Assembly: GCA_035221665.1 (NCBI GenBank)
Contig: CM069164.1
Location: 19,220,001-19,284,000, forward strand
Source of the DNA: Okamejei kenojei
Lineage: Eukaryota
DNA length: 64,000 nucleotides
Reading direction: 5' to 3'
The position numbers were made by a program, and so were the translations under genes. Position 1 is the stretch's first letter. Each line of letters opens with the position of its first letter. The notes under the pieces are model-generated. The model searched no databases. It worked only from the letters and a program-made list of their open reading frames with translations, and was not told where the DNA came from. Shown here one piece after another: positions 11,168 to 23,338 of the stretch.

Positions 11168-12031
11168 TTAGGTTCTGTAATATTTCTTGTACTGCATGTG
11201 TGAAACTCTTGCTTTTGATGTAGGTGAGGTGAATGCTAACCGTAAAAAGTTATGTTCAAGAAGAAAGTTTGCTTGACACTGTGGACTTTTAGATATTTAC
11301 TATTCAATGTTGCAACCTTGTTTGCATACCTAAACTGGTGCAGTTTGAACTGTCAAAGAAAATCATTAAACCGTTAGTTACTTGCCACTGAATTGTCTTG
11401 TAGCTTCATAGAAGCCGATTCAATCCTGAGCTCTGGTGTTGGCTGTGTGGAGTTTGCATGTCCTCCAAGTGACCATGTAGTTACCCCAAGTACTCTGGCT
11501 TCCTTCCATATCCCAAAGGATGGCAGGTTAATTGGTAATTGTAAATAACCTCTGGAGTAGGTGGGTGGTGAAGGAACTGGGGGAAATTGATGGGGATGTG
11601 AGGGGACAACAGGCTATGGGGTCATAAGTGGGGGAATGGGATTGACAAGATTGTGCAGTGAGACGGCATAGATTCAATGGGCTGAATGGCATCCCACGTC
11701 ATGAGAAAATATGAAAATATGAATTCTGCTGCTGTGATATATTTCCAGCAGGTGCTGTGCATCACTAAAGATAATCTTGAAAACCTACATCATAACCTAT
11801 CACCAACAAAATGCTCAGAGCATGTTGGACAACACGGGGAAATAAAAGTTTGGTTCCTTATTATTGACAAAGCAAGTTTGTGTTGAAATAAAGGTCTCGT
11901 ATTATTGCAATGATCCTTATAATGTTGATCCTCAAAATAATAATGTTGTCCTTAAAAGAAAAGGATATAATGATCTATTAGAATTTGGTTGGTGTCGGGT
12001 TATGAAGAGTCACAATTTCTGCTGGTCAAGT

Positions 12032-12256
12032 TTTAGTTTAGTGGAATCAGGCCTTTCGGCCCATTGATCACCCATTCTCACTAGTTCTATACTATCCCAT
12101 TTTTTCGTCCGTTCCCCACACATTAGGGACAATTTGCACATCGTTCGCAAGTGGAGGTAACCCAAGCGGTCGCATGAACGTGCCAGCTCAAACAGCACCG
12201 GAGGTCAGGATCAAACCCAGATCTCTGGCGCTCTAAGCTGCATCTCTGTGCCACCC
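12032..12256 (-). mobile_element. Internally deleted V-SINE
   Basis: Tail caggcctttcggccc and head caggatcaaacccagatctctggcgct on the reverse strand. Confidence 0.65.
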
Positions 12257-12355
12257 ACGTGAAAAGTCTGGAGAAAATAAGAATACAGCATGATTTTCTT
12301 TCACTAATCTACATTAGTTGAGGGTGTTAAATAGAGGAGATTAATTTATCGAACA

Positions 12356-12808
12356 TAGACACAAAAAGCTGGAGTAACTCAGCGGGACAGGCAGCATCTC
12401 TGAAGAGAAGGAATGGGTGACGTTTCAGACTAGTCGGGGCAAGGGAAACGAGAGATATAGGCGATGATGTAGAGAGATGAAGAACAATGAACAAAAAAGT
12501 AACGATGATAAAGGAAACAGGCCATTGCTAGCTGTTTGTTGGGTGAAAACGAGCTGGTGCGACTAGGGTGGGGAATGGATAGAGAGAGAGAGTGGGAATG
12601 CTGGCGTTACTTGAAGTTGGTGAAATCAATATTCGTACCACTGGCTCAGTTGTAAGCTGCCCAAGCAAAATATGAGATGCTGTTCCTACAAATTGCGTTT
12701 AGCCTCATTCTGACCATGGAGGAGACCTAGGACAGAAAGGTCAGTGTGGGAATGGGAAGGAGAATTAAAGTGTTTAGCAACCGGGAGATCAGGTAGGTTC
12801 AGGCGGAC
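12356..12808 (-). mobile_element. PLE fragment: GIY-YIG endonuclease C-terminus plus 3' UTR
   Basis: The reverse strand encodes VRLNLPDLPVAKHFNSPSHSHTDLSVLGLLHGQNEAKRNL*EQHLIFCLGSLQ...NIDFTNFK*, followed by the shared 3' unit. Confidence 0.8.
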
Positions 12809-14664
12809 CTTCTTTGCTCCTCCTTCGTCCTCATACACACGCACACACACAATCTGTTTTTGCTACATCTTGATTTTACCTAAATGGCCTCTCGGGGCAC
12901 ACTTGTGAACCCTGATAATCTAGGTCTAATACAATGTGCATAATTATGTTGTATCTGGGGCTCAGCGGTGGACGAAGCTGCTCCTGCAATGGTGGGAGGT
13001 TGCGAATTGATGTGAGCTGAAGTCTCCTACTCCCATCGCAATCTCCAACAGCCCGCAGATTGATCAGGCTGCTGGACCAGCAGCTGTGGGAGAGACACCA
13101 GGCTGGTACAACAGCTAATAGTGCAGGTACATGGCTAATGCTGCTGCCTTAATATTGCAGTTTGGGAGCCCACTCTTACACAAGCAGTCCTTCAATTCAT
13201 TCAGCCAGCCAGCTGTGAGGATGTGCAGGCAGACGAGGTTAGTTTAAGTAGGCATGGTGTTGGAGTCAGACATCGTGGGCTGTGGGGTCTAAACGCGAGC
13301 CGTACTGTTCTCTGAACTATGATTCCACCAGCCTTAATCTCAAGGTCTGCGGAGGGCACTCCTCACTCCACTAGCTCCGTGTCATGGGACGCTCAGCCTG
13401 TTATACGGAGCCGGTGTTGTGACGTCTCAAGGGCAAGGAAAGTATTTTGTGGAGCCAGAGGAACACTGAAAATAAACCTATTAGTCTGCCCTATCTGACA
13501 TTTGCTGTTCGTTACAGGCAAGTGCACATGTTGGCAGAGGAATATACTTTTAGTTGCTGTAGATTTAGTTGCTTAGAATCTCCACAATGCCCAACATTCA
13601 TTTCCGTGTGAATGACATTCAGTTGCGTGTGAATATATTCAACAATTCAGAAAGGCTGAGGTACAGTTCTAGGAAGCTCAGTGGAATGCTCGAGTGAGAA
13701 ACGATTAGGATAAAGCTTCAGATCGAGAAGGGACTCCTGGACTGCTGGTACATGTGCGTTAACTGTTACAAGAATGCTTCACACATGGGCGAGGGCACCA
13801 TCACCGGTGCCCTATGTGAGAATGTTACACTGGAGTCTTTTCCTGGACAACGCGTACCAGATAAGCCTTTGACAGAGATTAAATTCACCTTTTATCTCGA
13901 GCACCGGATGGGTGTGCTTGGGTTTCTTACTTGTTTAGTATTAAGGACTAAAAACAAATTTCTACATTAAAGGTTCCTCATGAATAACGGAGGTCAAGAA
14001 AAGCAAACTAATGCAGTTACATAAACATAGAACGGTACGGCAGAGGAACAGGGCCTTCGACCCACAACATCTGTGCTGAACATGATGCCAAGTTAAACTA
14101 ATCTCTGCCAGCATGTGATCCATGCCCCTCATTCCCTGCATATCTATGTACCTAGCTAATCATAAGCCTCCTAAACACCCTTCATAGTTTGGATCAAGAC
14201 TGTGCTGCCACTCCGCTGAGCAGAGGATGCTTTTACAAATACAATCAGTGCTAAAAGTGTTGTTCTAGCATAATGTGGAGTGGTGCAGGTGACAGTGATA
14301 CTGAGCTATAGACCTTGAATCAAACGCTGCCCACAGTTTGTTCTCCCACAGCAAAGAATCTCTCTTCTCAGTACTTTACTCAGTAACAGCCAGCAGCACC
14401 TTCTAGCCTCTTGACTCTTGTGAGTGTTTAGAAACCAGGACTTTGAACACGACAATTAATTGGTTTGCTGTTGGTGACAGCAAGCAGGGTATCGGTGTAT
14501 AAAGGGAAATAAGAACTTCATTTAATATTATTGTGGTTAATCAATTACAATAATTTGGATTCACCTCCTCAACTACTGGGATTATGATCGATGATGAAAA
14601 ATACATGAATAAATTGGACAAAAAAGACATATTTAAGAAAGCCACAAATTTACAGTGATGTTAT

Positions 14665-14875
14665 AGATAATAGACAATAGGTACAGGAGTAGGCCCTTCG
14701 AGCCAGCACCGCCATTCAATGTGATCATGGCTGATCATCCCCAATCAGTACCCCGTTCCTGCCTTCTCCCCATAGCCCCTGACTCCGCTATCTTTAAGAG
14801 CCTTATCTAGCTCTCTCTTGAAAGTATCCAGAGAACCTGCCTCCACCACTCTCAGAGGCAGCGAATTCCACAGAT
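14665..14875 (-). mobile_element. CR1-type LINE 3' end
   Basis: Reverse complement of the tail at 25051-25436 (gaatggcggtgctggctcgaagggcc...tattgtcta). Confidence 0.8.
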
Positions 14876-15129
14876 CTTTTGTTGTATTGAGAAAAGTCTG
14901 AGGGCAATTTACTGCACGTGATATTACCAGTAATGTCTGAATAGCTTAGTTTAATCTGTTCATTTAAATCGCAGATTTACAATTACATCCTTTTGAAAGT
15001 AAATTATCTTGCTCATTGAGTTGACGTCAGTATTTTATTGAATTTTGTGCTTCTTTAGCGTTTTGCATCAGTTATCACCATGAAGGACATTGCGCGTGAT
15101 GACATGGGCTAATTTCATAACAGGCAGGG

Positions 15130-15310
15130 ACTTGTAATATGAGGAGTTGGAAACACACTGGGCTACAGTCCAACAGATCAGTGGGATGTTCTAGTCTGCA
15201 TCCAAGGGGTTTAAAGGAAGTGGCTGCCAAGGCAATAGACCCATTTGTTGAAATTTTCAAAACACTTCAAATTCCAGGAGGGTACTAGAAGGTTGGAAAA
15301 CAGCCGTTGT
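15130..15310 (+). mobile_element. CR1 ORF2 internal remnant
   Basis: LHPRGLKEVAAKAIDPFVEIF resembles CR1 GPDGLHPRVLKEVA..IVD.L..IFQ. Confidence 0.55.
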
Positions 15311-15314
15311 GAAT

Positions 15315-15580
15315 TGTGTAAGAAGGAACTGCAGATGCTGGTTTAAACCGCAGATAGACACAAAAAGTCACTCAGCGGGTTAGACAGCATCTCTATAGAA
15401 AAGGAACAGGTGACATTTCGGATTGAGAACCTTCTTCAGGGGACAGGGAAACAAGAGATATAGATAGTAATATTGAGAGATATAGAATAAATTAATGAAA
15501 AATATGCAAAAAAGTAACAACAATAAAGGAAACAGGTCATTGTTAGCTGTGGGCGAGGTGAAATGGAGAGAGGGAGAAGG
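15315..15580 (-). mobile_element. PLE 3' end including the UTR
   Basis: gaaggaactgcagatgctgg unit plus a purine-rich UTR like that at 12430-12540. Confidence 0.75.
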
Positions 15581-16154
15581 GGCTTGGGTTTAAGAATAGA
15601 TAGGTTTTGCAGGGGGTAGGTAGATCATGAAGGCAGACAATAGGATCTGTTTGTAGAAACCTGGAAGTGTTGCTATTCTGGGGACTTTCAGATGCTTCTT
15701 ATGTTTGCAATTTTAATTATTCTCTCATGATTCCTCTAGCCGCCGCTTCAACTGTGACACACCCATGTCCTTGCATATTTATTGAGGGCAGAATGCCTGG
15801 ATGGATACATTGATCCCAAGGGAATTTTTGCAGTGCACAATGGGAAAAAAACCTACAAAACAGGCTGTTTAAACAAAGATTGCTTTAGTTAATGATTCAT
15901 TCCATAGTTGTTGATGATAAATGGAAGCCATGACCTTGACTGGACGCAAGAACAAGACTGTATGATGAAATATTCCCAGCACAAATTTATAATGAAGGTG
16001 ACAAGTTAAGATAATTTAACCCCAAACTTTCCAAGCCCCTACTCCTACAAAACATAATTTAATGTCCTTTGTATAATCCATGAATTTACTTATAAATATA
16101 GGAGCAAAAGATAAACATTTCTCCTCCAGATAGTCTAAATGTTGAGACTTCACA

Positions 16155-16445
16155 GGGTCTCTTGCCCAGAGTAGGCGAATTGAGAACCAGAGAACATAGG
16201 TTTATGGTGTGAGGGGAAAGATTTAATAAGAACCCGAGGGGTAACGGTTTACCACAAAGGGAGAATGTATGGTATGAGCTGCCTGAGGAGGTAGTTTGGG
16301 CAGGTACTATCGCAACGTTTATGGTACATGAATGAGACGGGTTTAGAGGGATGTGGGCAAATGCAGGCAAGTGGGACTAGTGTAGATGGGACATGTTGGT
16401 CACTTTGGGCAAGTTGGGATGAAGGGCCTGTTTCCACGCTCTATT
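16155..16445 (+). mobile_element. CR1/HER1-type LINE 3' end sharing its tail with the V-SINEs
   Basis: Ends gaagggcctgtttccacgct, as do the SINE tails. Confidence 0.75.
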
Positions 16446-16639
16446 CAGAGATTGCCGCAAACCGATTTCACACGCAGTAGAAGATGCCTAAAGCAACTGG
16501 CAAATCCATCCCGCGGTCTCCCAGATGCTCGGTCCTACAGTATGTAGGGCAGCACACAATTCAGATGTTGGCAACCTTGAGTTGATTAGTACTTGTGATA
16601 CTGTATGCAGGGCCTGTTGATTCCTGCACCATCTCCAAC

Positions 16640-17139
16640 ACTATCTTAGAGTCATACAGCATAGAGTAGAGGTCATTGACTCTTCACGTCCACATTGATG
16701 CTAATAATATGAATTCCATATCCAGCACTTGACCTGTAGTCTTCAGTGCCCAGGCAATTCAAGCGCTCATCGAGACACTTCTTAAATGCTGATAGTGACT
16801 ATGTTTTGGCCTCTCTCTTGGCAGTGTATTCCATGTACTTACTGGTTGAAGAAAAGTCCTCCTCAGTTGCCGTCCAATTTTCTTGCCTTTTGCCCTAAAT
16901 CTAAATCCTCTAAACTTATTCACCTCTGGTATGGAGAATAAATCCTGCAAACCTCTCCTCAGAATTTCATGTAATTCAATCACGTCCCCTCTTAATCTCC
17001 TATGTTCCATGGAAAAACAGACTTAGCTTCTCCATTCTTTGCTTATAACTAAAATGCTCCATCCCAGGCAACGTACTTGTGAATCTTCTCGTAACTTGTC
17101 CAACGCTATCACATTCTTCCTATAGTGTGACACGCAGTA
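16640..17139 (-). mobile_element. Old CR1 3' region
   Basis: ORF 16759..17010 EHRRLRGDVIELHEILR...WNTLP. Confidence 0.7.
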
Positions 17140-17294
17140 NNNNNNNNNNNNNNNNNNNNNNNNNNNNNNNNNNNNNNNNNNNNNNNNNNNNNNNNNNNNN
17201 NNNNNNNNNNNNNNNNNNNNNNNNNNNNNNNNNNNNNNNNNNNNNNNNNNNNNNNNNNNNNNNNNNNNNNNNNNNNNNNNNNNNNNNNNNNNNN
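17140..17294. other. Assembly gap (155 N)
   Basis: N run. Confidence 0.99.
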
Positions 17295-17326
17295 ATTTGA
17301 CATGCCACAGCTTTGTTTATGAAGTT

Positions 17327-17435
17327 GAAACATCACCCCTTCCTTCTCTCCAGAGATACTGCCTGTCCTGCTGAGTTACCCCAGCATTTTGTGTCTATCT
17401 TCAGTGTAAACCAGCATCTGTAGTTCCTTCCTACA
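17327..17435 (+). mobile_element. PLE 3'-end fragment
   Basis: gaaacatcacc...ccagcatctgtagttccttcctacac. Confidence 0.75.
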
Positions 17436-18579
17436 CCTCTATGTTTTATTCAGTTCCCTGACTAATGAAGGTCAGTATCCCATATGTCCCTGGATCCCAT
17501 GCGCCCTGCTCCTCTGGACCAGTCTCCCACGTTGGATCTTATCAATAGTTCTACTAAAGTATCCGCTTTCTGTTTATTCTGCTTTCAGTATTTGTTTCTG
17601 AAGGGCTTCAGCCTTGCTAGGTACTGGATTGCCCATCTTACTTCCCAACTCCTCCACCAAGAACTCCGGCATTGTCGAAGAGCCCTCTCCATCCCACATT
17701 GTCCAGCTTCACTTGTCCAGAACAATCACCTTCACCCACTCCACCCCTGGTGCATTATCTTCTCCCTTGAGGTTGCAAGAGGAATAGACGTTTTTTATGA
17801 GGCTTCAAAGAATTTAAGTCTCAGAGTATTGACTCTCTGCAGATGATTCCATCCAAGAAGCAGTGCGGTTCCCAAGGGCTGGAGACTGGAATTCTGGACA
17901 TTATCAAAAGCACAGTTTGTGTGCTGCCTGCAGTTAATCAGCATTGAATGTACAATATTGGAATGCATTTGCCCATTGCATAAATGGAAGAAATTTGACG
18001 CCATACATGGTCATTCCAGATTTTCACCTTCAAAAGTCAAATTTGGCAGCGATCAGACATTTAAGATTCTCCCATAAGACACGCATACTTTGAAACCATT
18101 GTTCTGCAGAAACCCATTACAAAATGTTGATAAAACTTTCCTGTTCTTTGTCATCAGATTTGGGAATCCTGTTTTAAAAAATGTGCGGCATATTATTCAA
18201 CAAATATTTTATCAGGTCATTCGGATATAAATATTTTTTTTTAACTGAAATGGAAAACGATGACTCATTATTCCTTTCAAAACATAAGAAATTTCAAAAC
18301 AGAAATGTAAAAACCTGACACTTTTTCCCCATGGCCAGAGCCAGCGATTGGTCTCACTGGAAACAAATCTGTTAGTGATGCTATCTGCTCTGTCTTGGCC
18401 TCCATTCACATCCCCATGTCCATAAGACAATGCTGTCAAGAAGGTGTGTTTGAAAGGGTGCTGCTCTGTGAGTGACTGGTATCACGCATGTTTTTGTTTA
18501 GCTGATAGATTATTTTTGATGAACCTTTAGCTGCAATAGATGCGATCATTGTAATTATCCATTGATTCAGTGAGCAACA

Positions 18580-18786
18580 GGACACAAAGTGCTGGAGTAA
18601 CTCAGTGGGTCAGACAGCATCTCTGGAGAACATGGATAGGTGACGTCTCAGGTCGGGGTCCTTCTTCAGACCTGACCCGACCCGACACGTCACCTATGCA
18701 TGTTCTCCAGAGATGCTGCCTGACCCGTTGAGTTACTCCAGCACTTTGTGTCCTTTTGTGTAAATCTGCAGTTCCTTGTTTCTACA
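18580..18786. mobile_element. PLE fold-back insertion (third subfamily, ends gttccttgtttctac)
   Basis: ~80-bp inverted arms ggacacaaagtgctggagtaactc / gagttactccagcactttgtgtcc; ttcagtgag(c/g)aa duplicated on the flanks. Confidence 0.8.
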
Positions 18787-19589
18787 TTTCAGTGAGGAAG
18801 TACAGCTGGCATTTTTTGTTGTTCATGAACGTCATCCTTTCACACAGAGGCAATCTTTCTGTTCAAAGGATAGGTTGAGTGATCTATCGGTACAGAAATA
18901 TTGGGTGTAGACAGCCGTAATTGTACAAGTACCTGAGGGCCATATTGTTCATTTGATTCTGATTGATCTATGTGTCGGAAAGTTCATAATTGGTTTGCAA
19001 GGTAAAAGTCCCTGTCACAGTATTAGCATTTGTAGTTATGTTTTGGATCAGTTGTTATTGGAGCTTTAAATAGGCCAAGAGAAATTCTTTACTGAAGTCC
19101 ATGTATTTGGAATTTCAGAGCTGCTTCAATTGAAAATGGTGCTCTATATTGGACCAGATGTTCATGAAGACTGCTTCATTAATAATGTGAGAGGAATTCA
19201 TGACCACACAGGAAACAGACCAACAATTCTAGTTGCTCATGCCTGCATATTGGGAAGTTGTTTAAATGCACCCACCCAACCCACAGACTACATTGTCAGG
19301 CAATGTGGTGGAACAGAGTCTTGCTCAGCCATGACTGATAAAAGAGCTGTGCGTGTGGGGATCTCAGTGAAAATACTTACTTATACTGTCCCCTACTTCA
19401 CTCAGTACTCCAGAGCTGCTGCTTAACCAGCTGAGTTAATCCAGCCAGTCAGTCATAGGTGATCTGGTGCACAATGAGGAGAAAATCCTTTAATGCAGGT
19501 ATCAGAGAGACAAGTAGCAGGAGCACGTATATCTGAGAATGTTTTGTTGAAATATTAGCAGGTTAGTTTGCTAACTAGCTTAGATTAGA

Positions 19590-19805
19590 CAATCAGAATC
19601 TTTCCCCTGTATTGGAAAGTCAAAGACAGGAGGGCATAGGTTTAAGGTGAGAGGGAAAAGATGAAAGGAGGTGTGTGAGGCAAGAGGGCAGAGAGTGGTG
19701 GGTACCTGGAACACATTGCCAAGAATAGTCATGGGAGCAGGTACAATAGTGGTATTTAAGAAGCTTTTAGAAAGGCATGGATATGCAGGGAATGGAGAGA
19801 TATAC
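19590..19805 (+). mobile_element. CR1-type LINE 3' fragment
   Basis: agggcataggtttaaggtgagaggg...ggtacctggaacacattgcc. Confidence 0.65.
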
Positions 19806-20079
19806 TGTAGATCATAAACTTTGTTTCTCTTTCCATTTTCGGGTCAATGACTTTTCATCAGAACTGGAAAAAAAATGTAGCTAAACAGGTTTAGAGGAGC
19901 AGAGTGATGGAGCAGCAGGGAGAGGTGGATGGGTAATGTCTGAGACAAGGTGGATCACACTGCAGCCTTGATGACGCCCCCGACTTGTTGTCCAATGCCA
20001 CATTTTTTCCCCTTGCCTCCGGCTTTTCGTAGGTGCTATGGTTTGCTCCTGATTATTACTATTATCCTTTCACCCGCGC

Positions 20080-20420
20080 CTTCCTCTGGAGCCGCAGTGC
20101 CTGCCTGTTCACCATCTCCCTTTGCACCTTCCAGGGCTCCAACTATTTTCCCACCTCCTCCAGTTGCGTATGCCGTGCGTGCAGCTCACCGGGTCACCAC
20201 TGTGGGAAGACCTAACGCAGATTGGGTGACAGGTTTTAAGAAGACTTGCACTGAGTCTGCAAGCGAGACTCCAAGTTCTGGTCATCTCCCACTGGTGTTC
20301 CCCATCCCGTTCCACTACACTGCTCCAATAAACCTCAACCTCATGAGGAGCAGCGCCTCCTCCTCTGACTCGGTACTTTACAGCTGTGCACATTCAACAC
20401 AAAATTCTGTGAATTCAAAG
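20080..20420 (+). mobile_element. Decayed PLE GIY-YIG region
   Basis: GKT*RRLGDRF*EDLH*VCKRD...EEQRLLL*LGTLQ matches the GETKRRLGDRFAEHLRSV...EEQHLIFRLGTLQP pattern. Confidence 0.65.
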
Positions 20421-21982
20421 AATCTCTGTGGCTCCCATTTACACCTTTTCTGGCCAAACAATGCTACTTTGTGTCTTGAACAATTTTATCCCCTCTGTCA
20501 GTTAATTCCTTTAATATTTGCGATTTGCAACTTTCATACTTTTGCATCACAGAATTAAACGTGTACAGAACTCGTTTCTGGAATGCAAGTGACAGCAATT
20601 GAGAGCCGATTATTCACTGTTTTCTTTGCTTTGAAGTGTCGGCTCCCGCAATGTGCAAATCATATAAGATTCATATAGTTGGGGAAGATGAACTAGATGG
20701 TGACACCAGAAGTGACATAAAAGGAAGTTTACATTCTGTAAAGTCGGTCAAACCGGTCGATCGTACATTCCTAGAGAGCCAGTTTGGTTTCACTGAAGCT
20801 GAACTAAATGGTGCGCACTTGTTTCCATGAACTGGAAATACTGCTTTTCATATGTAAAGACATGGTTGGGATATTTCTTGATAAAATATGTTGCAGATCG
20901 GTAAACAGATGTAACAACAATGCACTGAAATCGGTTTCTGTTGAAACAGAAATTCTATGAGGAAGAAAAGGCAGTACTTGTATTTACATAATACTTTAAA
21001 ACGTCATCCAGATATGTTGAAGCCCTTTAAAGCCAATTAGATACTTGTGTGTACACTGTTAGACAACATGATGGTCCCAAAATACTGCAAGTGCCAAGAT
21101 CCAGGAAACAACAAACTATCTGAGAGGTAGTCTATTGGTGTACTGTTTGAGAGGGGACATGTTCCTTATTATCACACAGTTCCTGTTCAAGAGCAGTGTC
21201 TCTCTCACTAACAAGGGAGGTTGGAGCAGCTTTAACATTTCGAGAGAGGTTGAAGACTGGGATTGGCGATTGGGCAACATTCCACATTCTTTCTTTAATG
21301 CAAATCGTAGCCTAGGTTGGCAGCATTAACAGATATATAAATGTGGTAATAAATAATGCTAATTGGATGGGATATAGTACCAAATGTATTGAACTAACAC
21401 TGGGAAACTACAGGAAAGAGATTTGGAATGATGCCCAGAGTTTACAAGGAGGTTGAAGGAACAAGACTCTGCTTTCATCTTTTTTTCTTAAGCTGCTTGA
21501 ACTTGTCAAAGTGTTGTGACAGCAGTTGAGTTTGGCTGATTCAGTACCCTAGTGCTCAGTGACCACTTTAAAGTGGTAACATTTCAAACGGGTTGGTTTA
21601 TTTTCTGTTTTTCTTTTAATTTAAGCACTTTTTGTAGTTATCAAATGAACTTTGCTGGATTTAGTTATCTTATGTGACTTTCACCATGCAGCCAGTGTAC
21701 ACTATTGGCTCATTGACATTCTCTGGGATATCAGATGCGGTCCTCCATTCTGGGCCCAGTCTCCAAGTACCAGCTGCATCTAGATTTAAAGTGACCATTT
21801 CCAGCTAAGATAGAATGAGGAAACTGAATGTCTGTGTCCTACATATTCATGGACCGACACAAACTGCATCGCTTGGTTGGATTAAGCTAACTATCCAGCA
21901 AAGTCCATTCAATAAATATAAAAACGGCTTAAATTAAAAACAGAGAAAATAAACCAACATTTTTTTAATCAACACGGTTTCA

Positions 21983-22295
21983 AGGTGGTGCAGCGGTGGA
22001 GTTGCTGCCTTACAGCACCAGAGACCCGAGTTCGATCCCGACTACGGGTGCTGTCTGTTCCTAGTTTGTATGTTCTCCCCGTGACCGCGTGGGTTTTCTC
22101 CGGGTGCTCCAGTTTCCTCCCACACTCCAAAGATGTATAGGTAGGTAGGTTAATTGGCTTCTGTAAAAAAGATTGTAAGTTGTCCCTGGTGTGTAAGATA
22201 ATGTTAGTATACGGGGTGATCCCTGGTTGGCACGGACTTGGTGCGCTGAAGGGCTTGTTTCCATGCGTTATCTATACAGTCTAAAGGTAAAGTAA
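21983..22295 (+). mobile_element. V-SINE (HE1-like), near full length
   Basis: A/B boxes (gagttcgatccc), V-domain and tail. Confidence 0.88.
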
Positions 22296-22440
22296 AGGAT
22301 CGGAAACCCTTTCTGCACCACATGCTGGACACCTGTGGAATATGCTCATTCCCTTGGAAAAGATCTTCCCCAATAAACCCTATCTCTCCTCACTGCAGTT
22401 TCTCTTTCTTTCGCTCTCCCCCTCTCCTCTTTTGCCCTTG

Positions 22441-22756
22441 NNNNNNNNNNNNNNNNNNNNNNNNNNNNNNNNNNNNNNNNNNNNNNNNNNNNNNNNNNNN
22501 NNNNNNNNNNNNNNNNNNNNNNNNNNNNNNNNNNNNNNNNNNNNNNNNNNNNNNNNNNNNNNNNNNNNNNNNNNNNNNNNNNNNNNNNNNNNNNNNNNNN
22601 NNNNNNNNNNNNNNNNNNNNNNNNNNNNNNNNNNNNNNNNNNNNNNNNNNNNNNNNNNNNNNNNNNNNNNNNNNNNNNNNNNNNNNNNNNNNNNNNNNNN
22701 NNNNNNNNNNNNNNNNNNNNNNNNNNNNNNNNNNNNNNNNNNNNNNNNNNNNNNNN
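22441..22756. other. Assembly gap (316 N)
   Basis: N run flanked by CT-rich sequence. Confidence 0.99.
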
Positions 22757-23029
22757 CCCCTCCTGCCTCTCCTGATAGATGACACTATAGTGACACTATG
22801 GGATGGTGCTGGAAAAGCCCCGGGCCACACAATAAAACTTTCACAGTTGAAGCATGGCATCTGAATTAACTGGCGATCAAAATGACGCTGACATTCCAAA
22901 ACAATTGAAAACATTTCAAAATAATTAAAAAATTGATAAAGCTTTTTTTAAATTGATAAGATATTAGAAACTTCAAGAAAATTAAATTAAACAATTAGAA
23001 GCATCCAGCCTAAAATAAACAATGAGGGA

Positions 23030-23338
23030 GTTTAGTTTACATGGAAACCGGTCCTTCGGCCCTACCGGCCCATCGAGTCGATGCCAACCATCGATCACCC
23101 ATTCACACGAATGCAATGTTATCCCATTTTCGCATCCATTCCCTATACACTTGAGGCAATTTATGAAGGCCAATTGACCTACAAACCCGCATATCTTTGT
23201 GATATCGGAGTTAACCGAAGCACCTGGGGAAAGCCATGCGGTCACAGGGAGAATACAAACTCCACACACTCAGGATTGGACCCGGGTCTCTGGTGTTCGA
23301 GGCAGCTGCTTTACTAACTGTGCCACCCGCCGTACCAC
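23030..23338 (-). mobile_element. V-SINE
   Basis: Reverse complement of the SINE consensus seen elsewhere in the window. Confidence 0.75.

Noticed and set aside
19950-20558. 202-aa ORF as a nested gene
   Set aside because: It overlaps a decayed PLE GIY-YIG remnant in another frame, and its composition is not protein-like.
20637-20830. Possible extra exon after a good-looking acceptor (ttttctttgctttgaag)
   Set aside because: Phase-0 reading hits TAG after 13 codons. The open frame is out of phase with the gene and not coiled-coil-like, and exons A and B already join at the expected spacing.
22322-22914. Long ORFs here and at 17079-17336
   Set aside because: They are artefacts of reading through N gaps.
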